A DNA stretch of 64,000 bases from Candidatus Latescibacterota bacterium (lineage in GTDB: Bacteria > Latescibacterota > UBA2968 > UBA8231), in contig OZ242214.1 in NCBI GenBank assembly GCA_965206595.1, forward strand, positions 576,001 through 640,000, given 5' to 3'. This document shows positions 29,583 to 39,584 of the stretch, in pieces. Positions within the stretch are counted from its first letter, which is position 1; the number at the start of each line of letters is the position of its first letter. The position numbers were made by a program, and so were the translations under genes. A model generated the notes under the pieces. That model was not told the origin of the DNA. It was given only the letters and a program-made list of their open reading frames with translations, and did no database searches.

Positions 29583-30934
29583 GGTGCGGCCTGCTCGCGG
29601 CCGTTCTGCTCGCCGGTTGCCAGTTGACCAATCCTGCGGTGAGCCGCTACGAGCCGAGCCGGCTGCCGGTGGGTGACCTGACCCTGTCGACATGGCTGCC
29701 TGCCGGCCTCGACAGCTTCCGCTTCGACGCCGGGGACCGGCAACTGCTCGCCGACATCGGCTTCAATCACATCGAGTGGCTGCAGGAAGTCCGGGTCGGC
29801 GACTCCACCGCCGAGGACGTCGCCATGTCGTTCGCCGGCGAGGCCGGCCTCGGCATGCCGGTCTACTACCCACCCCCCGGGTTCACCCGCGAGGACAAGC
29901 TGCGCGACTTCGCCGTCATGGAGGGCGTCGAGGCAGGTTTCGACGCCGCGGTCCGCGAGCGGGTGGCGGCGCTGCAGCAGCACTGGGGCGCCGCCCCCGG
30001 GTTCACAGGCTACCTGATCGGACACGAGGATTACCGCGCCCGCTACTACAAGGCGCTGGGGAACATGGTACGCGTCCTGGGGCAGGAGGATCCGCAGCGT
30101 CCGGCGATCAGCGTCGGCAACATCGACCACTTTCCCGAGGTCGGCCGCTTCCTCAACGCCCTGTTCGCCGAGGGCGGGAACGCCAACATCTTCCAGCACG
30201 AGCACTACATCTTCCGCGACGACGCGCCGGCCTCGGGCAGGAAGCTGCGGAAACGCCTCGACGCTTTGGTGGCGGGATACGGGCGGCTGGCGCGCTATCT
30301 GCAGGACCGGCACGGGCGCTGGCACGCCATCGTCCAGGTCCACAGCGAAACGCGGGACGGGCTCGGCTCGAGCGGCCCCTACTACCGCAAGCCGACCGCC
30401 GGCGAGATCGCCGTGCAGGTCGGCCTCGCCCTGTCCCGGGGCGCCTCCGGCATCGTCTACTTCCTCTACAGCTCAGGCTGGGAGTGGATCCGGGACGGCG
30501 ACGGGCACCTGGTGCAGGAGCGCTTCTACGAGGGGATCGTCGACCGCGACGGCGCACCCACGGCGACCTACGGCGCCGTCAAGAAGCTGAACGACCAGCT
30601 TGCCGGCCTGAGCACGCACCTGAGGGACCTGCACTTTCACGGCGGCTGGGAGGCCGGCGACCTGCCGGACAACGACCTGGTCGGCGACAGCGAGCCCGAC
30701 CTCGAGCTCGGGTTCTTCGGCGACGGGACCACCGCCACCCACCTGCTGGTCGCCAACAGGCAGAGCCACCGCGGCCGGCAGGTCGGGTTGAAACTCGCGG
30801 GGCCGGGGCGCGACGCCGTCTCCGGGACCGACCTGCCGCAAGCCGGCGGCCGCACCCTGCTCGACCTGGAACCGGGGGGTTTCAGGCTCCTCGAGGTGCA
30901 GCGCGAAAAGCCGGCCGTCGAGGCGGACCCGTAG
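29579..30934 (+). CDS. Lipoprotein with a probable glycoside-hydrolase-like TIM barrel
   Basis: Lipobox 'LLAGC'; 'GYLIGHE', 'ALSRGASGIVYFLY' as in GH-A-like barrels. Confidence 0.55.
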   Translation: MRCGLLAAVLLAGCQLTNPAVSRYEPSRLPVGDLTLSTWLPAGLDSFRFDAGDRQLLADIGFNHIEWLQEVRVGDSTAEDVAMSFAGEAGLGMPVYYPPPGFTREDKLRDFAVMEGVEAGFDAAVRERVAALQQHWGAAPGFTGYLIGHEDYRARYYKALGNMVRVLGQEDPQRPAISVGNIDHFPEVGRFLNALFAEGGNANIFQHEHYIFRDDAPASGRKLRKRLDALVAGYGRLARYLQDRHGRWHAIVQVHSETRDGLGSSGPYYRKPTAGEIAVQVGLALSRGASGIVYFLYSSGWEWIRDGDGHLVQERFYEGIVDRDGAPTATYGAVKKLNDQLAGLSTHLRDLHFHGGWEAGDLPDNDLVGDSEPDLELGFFGDGTTATHLLVANRQSHRGRQVGLKLAGPGRDAVSGTDLPQAGGRTLLDLEPGGFRLLEVQREKPAVEADP

Positions 30935-30988
30935 GATCCTCCCAAGCAAAAACATGCGTTCAGTTTCACCAACGTCGAAGAGAATTCC

Positions 30989-33892
30989 ATGTTGACCACC
31001 AGGATGCTGGCCGCAGCCGCGCTGGCGGCGCTGACCGCCGGCCCGTCGTTCGCGCAGCAAAGTCCCCCGGGCCTCGACTGGCGGCGAATCCAAACGGAGC
31101 GCTTCAACGTCATCTTCCCCGCGCAGATCACCGCCGACGCCCAGCGCGTAGCCAATACGCTCGAACACATTTACGGACCGGTTTCCAAGACGCTGAGGGG
31201 TCCGCAAAAGCCGCTGGATGTGGTGCTGGTCAACCAGTCGGCTCAGCCCAACGGTTTTGTCGCCCTGGCACCGCGCCGCAGCGTGTGGTTCAGCACCCCT
31301 CCCCAGAACGCGGGGCTGTTGAGCGGCGATTGGTACCGGTTGCTGGCCGTCCACGAAATGCGTCACGTGGTGCAGTCCGATCGCATGCGCCGGGGCCTGG
31401 TGCGCCTGGCCTGGCTCTTTTTCGGCGAACAGGGCCAGGCCTTGGCGTCTCTGTTGGTGCCGCCGTGGTTCTGGGAAGGGGATGCGGTAGGGGTGGAGAC
31501 GGCGCTGAGCCAGTCAGGGCGCGGGCGCATGCCCCGGTTCGGTCTGCACATCCGGGCCTTGCTCCTGGAGGGACGGCGCTATTCCTACTACAAAGCCCAC
31601 CACGGCTCGTACCGCGATTGGTACCCCGGTCACTATCGTCTGGGGTATTTCCTGACGACCTACGTCAAGCGCCACCATGGCGCCGGGACGTGGGACAAAG
31701 TGCTGGGCCGCACCGCCAGGTGGGGGTTCCACCCCTTTGCCTTCAGCCGGGCGCTCAGGAAGTACACCGGGGCCAGCGCCGCCCGGACCTACGAGCGGAC
31801 GATGGACGAGCTGACCGAGCTGTGGCAGGCGCAACACCAAGACCTGCCCACAACGCCGTTGCGGATGCTGGCCGGGCAGAGCCGTTCGGGCATCTGGACC
31901 AACTACGAAAACCCGCACCCGCTGGCCGACGGCAGCGTGCTGGCGAGCAAAAGCGGCCTGGCCGACCCGGCGACCCTGGTGCGGCTGCATCCGGATGGCC
32001 GCGAGGAGCGCATGCGCGTTTACCAATCGCTCGGCGGCATCCGCGTGGCCGGCGGCAAAGTTGCCTGGAACCGCTCCACACCGGATCGGCGCTGGGGCTT
32101 TCGCGACTACTCCGACGTGGTGGTGCTGGACCTCGACAGCGGCCGGACGCGGGAGCTCACTCACAAGGCCAGGTTGTTCGCCCCGGCACCTTCTCCTGAC
32201 GGCGCGCGCGTCGCCGCCGTAGAATTCGGACCGGAGCGGCGCTGCCACCTCGTGCTGTTGGAGACGGCCACAGGTGCGGAGCAAGCCCGTTTTCCTGCCC
32301 CCGACGGGGTTTTCTGGCGCACGCCGGCGTGGTCGGAGGACGGGCGCCATATCGCCGTGGTGAGGCAGGAAGAACGCGGCAACGCCCTCGAGCGCATTGA
32401 CGCCGGAAATGGGCAAGGGCAGATCGTGTTGCCGCACACGCGCGCCGATATCGGCTGGCCGGTCTTCTGGGGTTCCTACCTGCTGTTCGACGCTCCCTAT
32501 TCTGGCATCGACAACATCCACGCCGTCCACCTGCCGAGCGGGACTCGCTACCAGGTGACCTCCCGTCCGCTGGCGGCCACCCACGCCGCGGTGGCCGGCG
32601 ATTCGCTCCTGTTCCAGGAGTACACCGTTGACGGCTACCGCATCGCGGCCATGCCCCTGGACCCCGCTGCCTGGACGCCGGTCGAGCAGGTCGCCGACCG
32701 CCAGGTGCGCTATTACGAACCGCTCATCGATCAGGAGCAGGGCGGCCCCGTGTTGGCGGACATCCCGCAGCGGGTCTATCCGGTGAGGGGCTATCGGCCG
32801 CTGGCCCATCTGCTCAAAATACATAGCTGGTCTTTCAGTCCCTTGCCGCCGAGCTATGGCCTCAATCTCACCTCCAGCGATCTGCTCGATCTCAGCAGCA
32901 TGCGCGGCGGGGTCGAATACAACAGCAACGAGGGCGCCTTCAGCGTCCTGGGCGATTTCATCCTGGCGGCGTGGTATCCCGTTTTCAGCGTCGGCGGGCG
33001 CTGGGGCGAGCGGGCGGGAGAGTACGTGATAAAGATCCGGGAAATGGAAGGCGGCAGCCTCAAGGTCAAGGAGAAAGAGGCAACGGACAGGTGGAGCGAG
33101 AAAAGCTTGAGTGCCGGGGTCGGGCTGCCCTTGAATCTGTCCCGCGGCCCCTGGCAGTCTTCCATCCGATTGAGCGCAAAGGCGGAATGGACCGATATCG
33201 CCGACAGGGACGACCTCCATCGACCCGGGGACGACCTCTATTGGCCCGATGCAGGCAGCGTGAACCAGGAAGCAAGAGGCGTGTTCACAAGAAACCACAA
33301 CGGACGCTTTGCGCCGCTGACCTACCGGCTGGCCTTCGCGCGGGCTCGCCACCCGGCGCCACGCGATCTGGCCCCGGCCTGGGGGCAGGGCATGATGCTG
33401 ACTTATCGCCACACGCCCTTTGCCGGCGACTTTGCCGGCACCTTGCTGTCGGGGCGGCTGCGACTGCTCTTTCCGGGTCTGGCGTCCCATCACAGCCTGC
33501 GGCTGGCGGGTGGTTACGAATGGCAGGATCCGGTCTCGGCGGCTTCCCTCCCCTACCGCTTTGCAAGCGAACAGACCTTTGTCCGCGGCTACGACTACCG
33601 CTTCCACCGCCGCTTTTTCCAGGGGAAGGCCGATTATGCCCTGCCGCTGTTCTACCCGGACTGGAACCTGGGGGCGCTGGTGTACCTGCAGCGGGTCAAG
33701 GTCAACTTCTTTTTCGACTACGGCCGCGGCGAGGACAGCTCTCGGCGCACCACCTACCAAACGGCCGGTGCCGAACTGACGGCCAATTTCTTCCCCTTTT
33801 CACTGCCGATTCCGCTGGATATGGGCCTGCGTTACGCCCACCGTTTCAAAGAGGGAGATCCGCACATCGGAGTGGTGGTGAATCTCCCGTGA
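30989..33892 (+). CDS. Secreted/outer-membrane protein: zincin-like domain, TolB-like propeller, probable C-terminal beta-barrel
   Basis: Signal peptide; 'VHEMRH...WFWEGDAV'; PD40-like 'PAPSPDG' and 'PAWSEDG'; amphipathic strands 'FFDYG...GAEL...GLRYA'. Confidence 0.7.
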   Translation: MLTTRMLAAAALAALTAGPSFAQQSPPGLDWRRIQTERFNVIFPAQITADAQRVANTLEHIYGPVSKTLRGPQKPLDVVLVNQSAQPNGFVALAPRRSVWFSTPPQNAGLLSGDWYRLLAVHEMRHVVQSDRMRRGLVRLAWLFFGEQGQALASLLVPPWFWEGDAVGVETALSQSGRGRMPRFGLHIRALLLEGRRYSYYKAHHGSYRDWYPGHYRLGYFLTTYVKRHHGAGTWDKVLGRTARWGFHPFAFSRALRKYTGASAARTYERTMDELTELWQAQHQDLPTTPLRMLAGQSRSGIWTNYENPHPLADGSVLASKSGLADPATLVRLHPDGREERMRVYQSLGGIRVAGGKVAWNRSTPDRRWGFRDYSDVVVLDLDSGRTRELTHKARLFAPAPSPDGARVAAVEFGPERRCHLVLLETATGAEQARFPAPDGVFWRTPAWSEDGRHIAVVRQEERGNALERIDAGNGQGQIVLPHTRADIGWPVFWGSYLLFDAPYSGIDNIHAVHLPSGTRYQVTSRPLAATHAAVAGDSLLFQEYTVDGYRIAAMPLDPAAWTPVEQVADRQVRYYEPLIDQEQGGPVLADIPQRVYPVRGYRPLAHLLKIHSWSFSPLPPSYGLNLTSSDLLDLSSMRGGVEYNSNEGAFSVLGDFILAAWYPVFSVGGRWGERAGEYVIKIREMEGGSLKVKEKEATDRWSEKSLSAGVGLPLNLSRGPWQSSIRLSAKAEWTDIADRDDLHRPGDDLYWPDAGSVNQEARGVFTRNHNGRFAPLTYRLAFARARHPAPRDLAPAWGQGMMLTYRHTPFAGDFAGTLLSGRLRLLFPGLASHHSLRLAGGYEWQDPVSAASLPYRFASEQTFVRGYDYRFHRRFFQGKADYALPLFYPDWNLGALVYLQRVKVNFFFDYGRGEDSSRRTTYQTAGAELTANFFPFSLPIPLDMGLRYAHRFKEGDPHIGVVVNLP

Positions 33893-34006
33893 ATCCCCCT
33901 CTGATTGGTTGATACCTCCCGTAGTTGAGAGGAGACCGTTGTCCCAGGGCGAATGCCGTGGAACCGGGAAGATCCGAGGCGACCCCATGCCCGAGCCGTT
34001 TCTCCC

Positions 34007-35389
34007 ATGAACGCCCCGCCCCCTGAACACCACACCGCCATCATCGTCGGCGGCGGACCCGCCGGTCTGGCGCTTGCGGTGGTTCTCGGCGGCTGGCATC
34101 CGCACTTCCGGGAAAGTCCGATCCTGCGGCAACGCTACCCGCAGCTGGGCGATTACCTGCGCCGGGCAAGGGGAACCCTGCTGGGAATGGACTTCCACGG
34201 GCTAGCCCCGCAGCTGCCGCCGGTCGACCTGTTCCGCATCCTCCACCACCCCAGGCAGCTGTTCGAGAACCTCGAGCAGATCGCCATGGAGTTCCGCCGC
34301 GGCCCCGCCCTCGACTACCTGCTGATAACCCAGGAGGAGGTGGGCGGCCTGTGGAACAAGGTCCCGCAAAACCTGCTGACCCTGTCCCCCGGCCAGTGGA
34401 TGGAGCTCGCTTTTTACCCACTGGCGCAGCACGTCGAGGAGCGCTCCGTCGACCTCGACGTCAACGACCTGATCCTCAAGCGCCACCTCGTCGACTATTA
34501 CCGGGCGATTCCCGAACGCTTCGGACAGGAGTCCCGCATACGCACGAACGAGCGCGTCGAGCGCATCGAGCCGCACGAGAAGGGATTCCTGCTGACGACG
34601 CGGGACGTCGCCGGCTGGCACCGCCGGCAGCAGACCCTGGGCACCAGGTCGGCCCCGGTGCCGCAGCCGTTCGAGGATCCCGGGGACGGCGAGCAGCGCC
34701 GCTACACCTGCCGCTACCTCGTCTACGCCGCCGGACAGCGCTGCATCCTGCGGCGTCTCGGGATCCCGGGGGAAGAGCTGCCCGGCGTGCACTGCTACTA
34801 CGACAGGGCGGAGGATTTCCCGGGGGAGCGGGTGCTCGTAATCGGCGGCGGGCGCTCCGCGGACTGGGCGGCGACCGAGCTCCACGACGCCGGCAGGCAG
34901 GTCTGCTACGCGATGCGCCAGCCCCGGAAGCGGCACTGGCGGCTCATCGGCGACAGCCGCGGCGGCCTTCCCTACTACGCCCGCCTCGCCGAAATCCTGG
35001 AAGGGGACCGCCGCCGGTTCGAAACGTTTTACGAAACGGGGGCGACGAAATTCGAACCGTCGAGCGAGGCGATCCTGGCGACCCTGGCCGGCAACGGCGC
35101 CGAACGCCGCATCGAGGTCGATCACGTCGTCAAGGAGATCGGCGGCTGGCCGGACTACTCCGTCTTCCAGGGATTCCCGAGGCTGCGCCTGTTCGAGAAG
35201 CACGACCCGTACCGGTTCCAGATGCACCAGATGCGCACCCACCCGTACAACTACGAATCGATAGACATCCCCGGCCTGTACGCCGGCGGCTACCTCGCCC
35301 AGGACATCGGCCTGGTGGTGATCGCCATGCACGGAACGACCTACGCCATAGCGGGAGACATCCTTCAGAGGGAGATGATGATACCATGA
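34007..35389 (+). CDS. FAD/NAD(P)-dependent oxidoreductase, OSGIN1/2-like
   Basis: 'IIVGGGPAG', 'GGLW...LTLSPGQWMEL', 'RLGIPGEELP', 'VLVIGGGRSA', 'PGLYAGG'. Confidence 0.8.
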   Translation: MNAPPPEHHTAIIVGGGPAGLALAVVLGGWHPHFRESPILRQRYPQLGDYLRRARGTLLGMDFHGLAPQLPPVDLFRILHHPRQLFENLEQIAMEFRRGPALDYLLITQEEVGGLWNKVPQNLLTLSPGQWMELAFYPLAQHVEERSVDLDVNDLILKRHLVDYYRAIPERFGQESRIRTNERVERIEPHEKGFLLTTRDVAGWHRRQQTLGTRSAPVPQPFEDPGDGEQRRYTCRYLVYAAGQRCILRRLGIPGEELPGVHCYYDRAEDFPGERVLVIGGGRSADWAATELHDAGRQVCYAMRQPRKRHWRLIGDSRGGLPYYARLAEILEGDRRRFETFYETGATKFEPSSEAILATLAGNGAERRIEVDHVVKEIGGWPDYSVFQGFPRLRLFEKHDPYRFQMHQMRTHPYNYESIDIPGLYAGGYLAQDIGLVVIAMHGTTYAIAGDILQREMMIP

Positions 35390-36282
35390 TCGTCGACGTC
35401 CACACCCATCCGCCGCTCTACAAGGACCCCCTCACCGGGGAGCCGGATCAGTACAACCACGTCTGGCGCCCGGACCGGCCGGTCAAGGTCACCACCTGCT
35501 GGGACGACTACCTCGAAGCGCAGGAGCCGGCGCAGAAGTCGATCGTCTTCAGCATCGCCACCAATCCGGGAGGAGAGCAGCCTTGGCTGCCGGGACTCGA
35601 GGTGCCTGAGCAAGAGCCCTGGTACCGGGGCAACCTCAACGACGGCATCGCCGCCTTCGTCGCCGCCCACCCCGAGCGCCTGATCGGCTTCATGACCCTG
35701 CACCCGTACGATCCCGGTGTCCTCGAGGAGTTGGAGCGCTGTCACACCGATCTCGGGCTCGCCGGGGTCAAGCAGGGCGCCAACTACCAGAACTTCGATC
35801 CGTTCGACCCGCGCGCCCTGGCGATCTACGCCGAGGCGGAGAGACGGGGTCTGCCGCTGATGCTGCACCAGGGGACCTCGCCGATCCGCGACGCCCCGAT
35901 CCGCTACGCCCACCCGCTGCTGATCGACGAGCTGGCCACCCGCTACCCGGAGCTGAAGATCATCATGGCCCACCTCGGCCACCCGTGGCAGACCGAGACC
36001 TGCGTCGTGGTGCGCAAGCACCCCAACGTCTACACCGACTTGTCGGGGAACTTCTACCGCACGTTCTCGTTCTGGGAGCAGATGGTCAAGGCGACGGAGT
36101 GGAACGTGCTCGACAAGATCCTGTTCGGGTCGGACTACCCGATCGCCACGGCGCGGGAGACCGCCGATCACGTACGCCGGGTAAACGGCATCGTCGAGGG
36201 CACGAAGCTGCCGCGAGTGCCGGAAGACAGGCTCGAGGAGATCATCCACCGGGACAGTCTCGGCATCCTGGGACTGGGCTGA
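35386..36282 (+). CDS. Amidohydrolase family 2 protein
   Basis: 'IVDVHTH', 'LMLHQG', 'IIMAHLG', 'KILFGSDYP'; ATGA-coupled to the upstream oxidoreductase. Confidence 0.92.
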   Translation: MIVDVHTHPPLYKDPLTGEPDQYNHVWRPDRPVKVTTCWDDYLEAQEPAQKSIVFSIATNPGGEQPWLPGLEVPEQEPWYRGNLNDGIAAFVAAHPERLIGFMTLHPYDPGVLEELERCHTDLGLAGVKQGANYQNFDPFDPRALAIYAEAERRGLPLMLHQGTSPIRDAPIRYAHPLLIDELATRYPELKIIMAHLGHPWQTETCVVVRKHPNVYTDLSGNFYRTFSFWEQMVKATEWNVLDKILFGSDYPIATARETADHVRRVNGIVEGTKLPRVPEDRLEEIIHRDSLGILGLG

Positions 36283-36495
36283 TTGCAGGAGCAGGGGACG
36301 TTGCGACTGGAGGTGCTTCGCGCGACGGACGGAACAGGTAGCCGCCGTATCCTCAAAAACTCGGAATGGAACTGCTGATGGGCGCAGAGGCCAAGGCGTT
36401 TCTGTCACGCCGCTACGGGCTTGCTTGGCTGGCAATGTCCCCACACCGCTGCCACCGGTGAGAGCGCACCGGCAAGGGAAGTTGATTCCAGCCGT

Positions 36496-36532
36496 TTGTC
36501 CAGACACTTGACACGTGCTAATATATGCACGT
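36496..36532 (+). promoter_or_regulatory. Putative hicAB promoter with a palindromic operator
   Basis: TTGTCC-17-(TGc)TAATAT; inverted repeat ACGTGC-N8-GCACGT (36513-36532) over the -10; ATG follows at 36534. Confidence 0.55.
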
Positions 36533-36533
36533 A

Positions 36534-36722
36534 ATGGAGACGGATACCAGGCGAATCATCGAGAGGTTACAGCGAGAGGGTTGGGTTCTCCATCGACACG
36601 GCAGGAGCCATGACATCTATCGGCACCCGAAGGTTGGCTACACCATTGTTGTCCCGAGGCACCGCACGGTGTCGCCGGGCGTAGCCCGGTCCATTGCGAA
36701 AAATGCCGGCTGGGGGAAATAA
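36534..36722 (+). CDS. hicA: HicA-family mRNA interferase toxin
   Basis: 'LQREGW..HRHGRSHDIYRHP....IVVPRH...SPGVARSIAKNAGW'. Confidence 0.9.
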   Translation: METDTRRIIERLQREGWVLHRHGRSHDIYRHPKVGYTIVVPRHRTVSPGVARSIAKNAGWGK

Positions 36723-36724
36723 GC

Positions 36725-37111
36725 ATGAGATATCCGATTTTGATCGATGGTGAGGATGGGGCCTACGGGGTCGTCTTCCCTGACCTGCCTGGGTGTGTGG
36801 CAATGGGTCACACCTTGGACGAGGCTATGGTCAATGCCGAGGACGCACTCCAGGACTGGATGGATAGTATGGAGGAGATCGGGTACGAGATTCCGGACCC
36901 GAGCCCCCTTGAGGCTATTGATGTTCCTGCCGACAGCACGTTGTCCACGATCCTGCTGGTTCGTCCGTCTCGCAGCCGCTCTGTACGGCTCAACCTGGTG
37001 GTCGATGCCGGCGTGGCCACTGTAATCAATTCCGAAGCCAAGCGCCGCGGCATGACCCGCAAGAGCTACGTAGAGTGGATGGTCAGGCGCACGGCTCAGA
37101 TGGGCGGATAG
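36725..37111 (+). CDS. hicB: HicB-family antitoxin
   Basis: 'YGVVFPDLPGCVAMG.TLDEA..NA.DAL', C-terminal RHH 'VRLNL...A..RGMTR'. Confidence 0.92.
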   Translation: MRYPILIDGEDGAYGVVFPDLPGCVAMGHTLDEAMVNAEDALQDWMDSMEEIGYEIPDPSPLEAIDVPADSTLSTILLVRPSRSRSVRLNLVVDAGVATVINSEAKRRGMTRKSYVEWMVRRTAQMGG

Positions 37112-37230
37112 TCGACTGCATTCGGCGTGTCAACGGCATCGTCGAAGGGACGAAAATGCCGCGCATACCGGAAGACAGGCTCGCGGAAATCATCCACCGG
37201 GACAGTCTTGAAATTTTGGTGCTCGGCTGA
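37111..37230 (+). repeat. Diverged copy of the last 39 codons plus stop of the amidohydrolase gene
   Basis: Reads VDCIRRVNGIVEGTKMPRIPEDRLAEIIHRDSLEILVLG* versus ADHVRRVNGIVEGTKLPRVPEDRLEEIIHRDSLGILGLG* at 36163-36282. Confidence 0.9.
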
Positions 37231-37667
37231 TCGGCCGGGGTGGCCGCAATAGCTGCAGCCGTCGATGGTCCGGGAATGAACGTTTGGGAATCACACCCTT
37301 GGCCCTGCCCAAAGGACCTTGGCTTTCCCATCCACAATCACTATAGTCCTTTCTGCTGCGGTTATTTTTTTTTGGCCATACCTCCTTCCTAAATGCCCAC
37401 CCTAGGGATGTAGATCGCTTTTCGCACTATCAATACGCCCAAACGACCAGCATGTGCGCTTACGAGTGCGCACTGAAAATTCATGAATATATCAGATACT
37501 GCAGCTACACTGATTCAGGTGCCTGTCAATTTTAACTCTCTCCTAAAATTTCAACCCTCTTCTCTGTGCCCATTAGCTCTTCCTGATGGGGCAGAGTGTC
37601 CAGACATCCTTCATTTGACAAATTTGGATGTTGGGGCAAATCTCAGTTCTTTAGTTTTGCATCTTAG

Positions 37668-38263
37668 ATGAAAAAGCAGTTGCCCACCATCTTGGGTCTC
37701 CTTTTTGTGCCAGTTTCCGTCGGTGCCCATGCCGGAGATCGCGTATTTCCAATTCCCTATCTCAGCGACGAAATGCTTGCAGCAATCCAGCTCGACGACG
37801 GTCGGATAGACGAGTGGGGCGAACTACTCGGAGATCCGACCATGACCCTCCTGGATTTTGCAGAACAAGGGGGAGCGCCACCCGATCCCTCCGACTTGGA
37901 CTTCCGAATCTGGCTGGGTTGGCACGACGACCCGGACCGTCTCTACGTAGCCTTCGTGGCCAGCGATGACGTGTACAAGAACACCCACGACTACAATGCA
38001 ATTCGGGGATCTCTGCGAGATATAATGCATCTCCATGACAGTATATCTCTAGCGATCGATGGAGATCATAGCGGAGGTGAGGGATGTACCAACGATTGCG
38101 CTTGTTTCCTCCTCTGGCAGTTGTCCAATCCGGAACCGGCCCATACCCAGGACGAGAGCGTCTTTCGCATTGCCCGGGACGGATCCTCCATCGAGCGCCT
38201 GTCCGCGACGGAGGGCAGGTCCACCCCGAGCTGGGGCCCGGAAGGCCGGCCATGGAGCGTATC
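37668..38263 (+). pseudogene. Chimeric remnant: truncated secreted protein (paralog of 22989-23359) followed by a TolB-like repeat fragment
   Basis: Family motifs run to 'AIDGDHSGGEG' (about 38085), then 'IARDGSSIERLS...TPSWGPEG' PD40-like. Confidence 0.6.
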
Positions 38264-39073
38264 GACCGGCCGGTCAAGGTCACCACCTGCTGGGACGACT
38301 ACCTCGAAGCGCAGGAGCCGGCGCAGAAGTCGATCGTCTTCAGCATCGCCACCAATCCGGGAGGAGAGCAGCCTTGGCTGCCGGGACTCGAGGTGCCTGA
38401 GCAAGAGCCCTGGTACCGGGGCAACCTCAACGACGGCATCGCCGTCTTCGTCGCCGCCCACCCCGAGCGCCTGATCGGTTTCATGACCCTGCACCCGTAC
38501 GATCCCGGTGTCCTCGAGGAGTTGGAGCGCTGTCACACCGATCTCGGGCTCGCCGGGGTCAAGCAGGGCGCCAACTACCAGAACTTCGATCCGTTCGACC
38601 CGCGCGCCCTGGCGATCTACGCCGAGGCGGAGAGACGGGGTCTGCCGCTGATGCTGCACCAGGGGACCTCGCCGATCCGCGACGCCCCGATCCGCTACGC
38701 CCACCCGCTGCTCATCGACGAGCTGGCCACCCGCTACCCGGAGCTGAAGATCATCATGGCCCACCTCGGCCACCCGTGGCAGACCGAGACCTGCGTCGTG
38801 GTGCGCAAGCATCCCAACGTCTACACCGATCTTTCGGGGAATTTCTACCGCCCGTTCTCGTTCTGGGAGCAGATTATCAAGGCGACGGAGTGGAACGTGC
38901 TCGACAAGATCCTGTTCGGGTCGGACTACCCGATCGCCACGGCGCGGGAGACCGTCGACCACATCCGCCGGGTCAACGACATCGTCGAGAGCACGAAGCT
39001 GCCGCGCGTGCCGGAGGACAGGCTCGAGGAGATCATCCACCGGGACAGCCTCGGCATCCTGGGACTGGGCTGA
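38264..39073 (+). pseudogene. 5'-truncated duplicate of the amidohydrolase gene
   Basis: Matches 35473-36282; near-identical in the 5' part, more diverged in the last ~260 bp; lacks the N-terminal HxH metal ligands; in-frame ATG at 38252. Confidence 0.9.
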
Positions 39074-39305
39074 TTCGCCGCCTCGGGGCCAAGGCCTCCG
39101 AGTGATGCTCCGGGAGATGGTTGACTGGTGGAGGGACCCCGGAGATTCAGGGCCCGGCATCTGGGTCAGGCTCGATTGCTGCTGTCGTGTCGACCGAAAC
39201 CCAAGCTTACGGGGATTCCCCGAAGCTCGGGGCAGGGAGGTGAGACTCTTGAACCGATCCCGTATCAGGAAGGATTGAGCGCCTTCGGATCGGCGGCGGC
39301 CGCGA

Positions 39306-39584
39306 TCAGCGCTCCGAATGGCCGAGGTCCTTGTCCGGGCTGACGCGGTCCCGCACCAGCTGCTTGAGCTCCTTCATCTCCGGGAAGCGGTCCTGTTCCT
39401 CACGCGACCAGACCAGCTCGTCGCCGACATACACTTCGAATACGCCCGGGTCGCCCGGCACCAGCGCCACCTCCCCCAGTTTTTCGGCGAACGTGGTCAA
39501 CAGCTCCTGGGCGGTCCAGGCGGCCCGCAGCAGCCACCTGCACTTGACGCAGTACCTGATCTCGATACGGGGCGTGTGAATCAT
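39306..39584 (-). CDS. Rdx (SelT/SelW/SelH) family protein, Cys form
   Basis: 'IEIRYCVKCRWLLRAAW.AQELL.TF', 'FPEMKELKQLVRDRV.P.KDLGHS'. Confidence 0.9.
   Translation of the reverse strand: MIHTPRIEIRYCVKCRWLLRAAWTAQELLTTFAEKLGEVALVPGDPGVFEVYVGDELVWSREEQDRFPEMKELKQLVRDRVSPDKDLGHSER

Noticed and set aside
39306-39584. Possible selenoprotein (SelW-like)
   Set aside because: The motif is CVKC with ordinary Cys codons and no in-frame TGA
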